NCBI GenBank assembly: GCA_002633005.1
Contig: NMRA01000036.1
Location: 1,398,923-1,462,922, forward strand
Length of the DNA: 64,000 nt
Direction: 5' to 3'
DNA from: Phoronis australis
Taxonomy: Eukaryota; Animalia; Phoronida
Positions within the stretch are counted from its first letter, which is position 1. Every line of letters starts with the position of its first letter. Positions 62,526 through 64,000 of this stretch are shown in pieces. The notes below the pieces were generated by a model that ran no database searches, was not told the DNA's origin, and saw only the letters and a program-made list of their open reading frames with translations. The translations under genes and the position numbers were made by a program.

Positions 62526-64000
62526 TTAAACTAAATAAAACTGCCACTAGGGGACAGCACAAAAACAGGACTTGACCTGTTCTCTCGAGGATGAAATATT
62601 ATCTGCTAAACATCATGAAGGTCCTTCATCAAACTTCATAGAAATTGATAACAAAATGCAAAAACTAAAACAGCCCCTAGGGAATTCTGAAGCAGTTAAA
62701 ATTAAATAGTCAAATATCAACATTTAGCCAATTTTCCATCAATAGAAAACATTTTGAAACTCTAATAATGATTTCTCAATTGATGAATAAAGAGACGGAT
62801 GACAAATACAGAACAAAGCTAGTATTCGTTTCTCTTTCCATCTCAAGAGGATCCTCTAGTTTGAAGTGGGCTGTCCCAACGCCACCGGTGCGAGGCATTT
62901 GCAATGCTCAACGATGTAACATGCTTTCTAGTATTTGAACTTTAAGAGGCATTATCTGAGAAAACCTGCAAAATTGCAAAATGTTGGCGGAGGCACTTTC
63001 ATCAATTAAGTTGATATTTTGCACACCAATTTGTACTCACATATGAATAACTAAATCACGTCTGTTTTTTATCTGGAGTCATTCTATAAAAAAAATAATA
63101 AATACCTTCCGTCTTGGTTTTTTCACACACAGGACAAGAATGTCCAAAAAGACAAAAAGAATGCCAACACTCACAGAGCTGGAAGCCAGTTTGTGACTTT
63201 GAATGATCATAATTAGTGGAATTGAAGTCATTACTGTGCTTGGGAATTGATTTCGTTGAGCATCTGTGTGAATTTGTATTTCATCTCGACTTTTTGTTGA
63301 CGCACTAAATGCCAAAATCCACGAGGGCTCTAGATAAGGGAGATAACGACTGAAAACATGTACTAATCTATTTATACCACATACTGTACTGAACGAGAAA
63401 CATTGCAATGAATCGATCTACCTTTCCCGACTCGCATCGACTTGGTGACTACTTTCTATGTCAGAGGTCCGAGGTCGAAGGTCGTGACCTTTTAAGAAGA
63501 GCCGAGCTATTTTTTGTCAAATAATACTTTTACTCAAAACCAATTGAAAACTTAAACAAAATAGAAAGAAAGTGAATCTATAAATTAAGGTTTAGCAACT
63601 ATTTTAGCTTACTACACACTTTATCACGGTAAGCTTCGACCGTGAAAATATCGTCTGCTGAAGTAGGTTACCACTGGTAACTGAGTATAATGATCAAGTC
63701 AAAGGATCCCGGCGATAGGATACCGGCATTCAAATTCAGTGGAGATCGGTGATTTAAAAGTGAGAAAGCATGAGAGAAAAATTTCACTGAATTAAAATAT
63801 CGTTTTTATGGAAATTATGCGTCTTATTTTTCATAGCGTATAAGTGTCGATACAATGCCCTTTGCTGAATATGCTATTGTTGCGTGTGCTCATTTAAGTA
63901 TTCTATTTTCACGTACGATGACGTGGAGTTGTACAGTGGTAAAGTCGATGACCCGAAACTCGTGCGAGCCGGGTTCGGAGCCGGCCTTGGCTCCCGCCAA

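Overview
AT-rich, intron-containing eukaryotic DNA, most consistent with a marine invertebrate (inferred from the TE complement; not determinable precisely), dominated by transposable elements. Two host genes can be read from the sequence: a complete 4-exon C2orf50-like ciliary gene on + (18944..32106, ~147 aa) and the last two coding exons of an ABHD1/ABHD3-family hydrolase on - (59898-60063, 42756-42967) separated by a ~17 kb intron of nested TEs. Mobile elements: an intact RTE-X-type LINE (8348-12825, 8-bp TSD) whose ORF1 and ORF2 are in frame and separated by one TAG; it sits inside a decayed CaRF/MULE-type DNA transposon bounded by a perfect 31-bp inverted repeat (6539-18184) that also carries an 81-bp satellite built from two degenerate copies of that inverted repeat; a full-length but ORF1-less L1/Tx1-type LINE; an internally deleted Kolobok and two Kolobok-type non-autonomous copies; Academ, CR1/L2 and Penelope relics; Helentron/pearl-like repeats, an EnSpm-type element and several MITEs. 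No rRNA, tRNA or CRISPR array is supported. All family assignments are by motif recognition, not database search.
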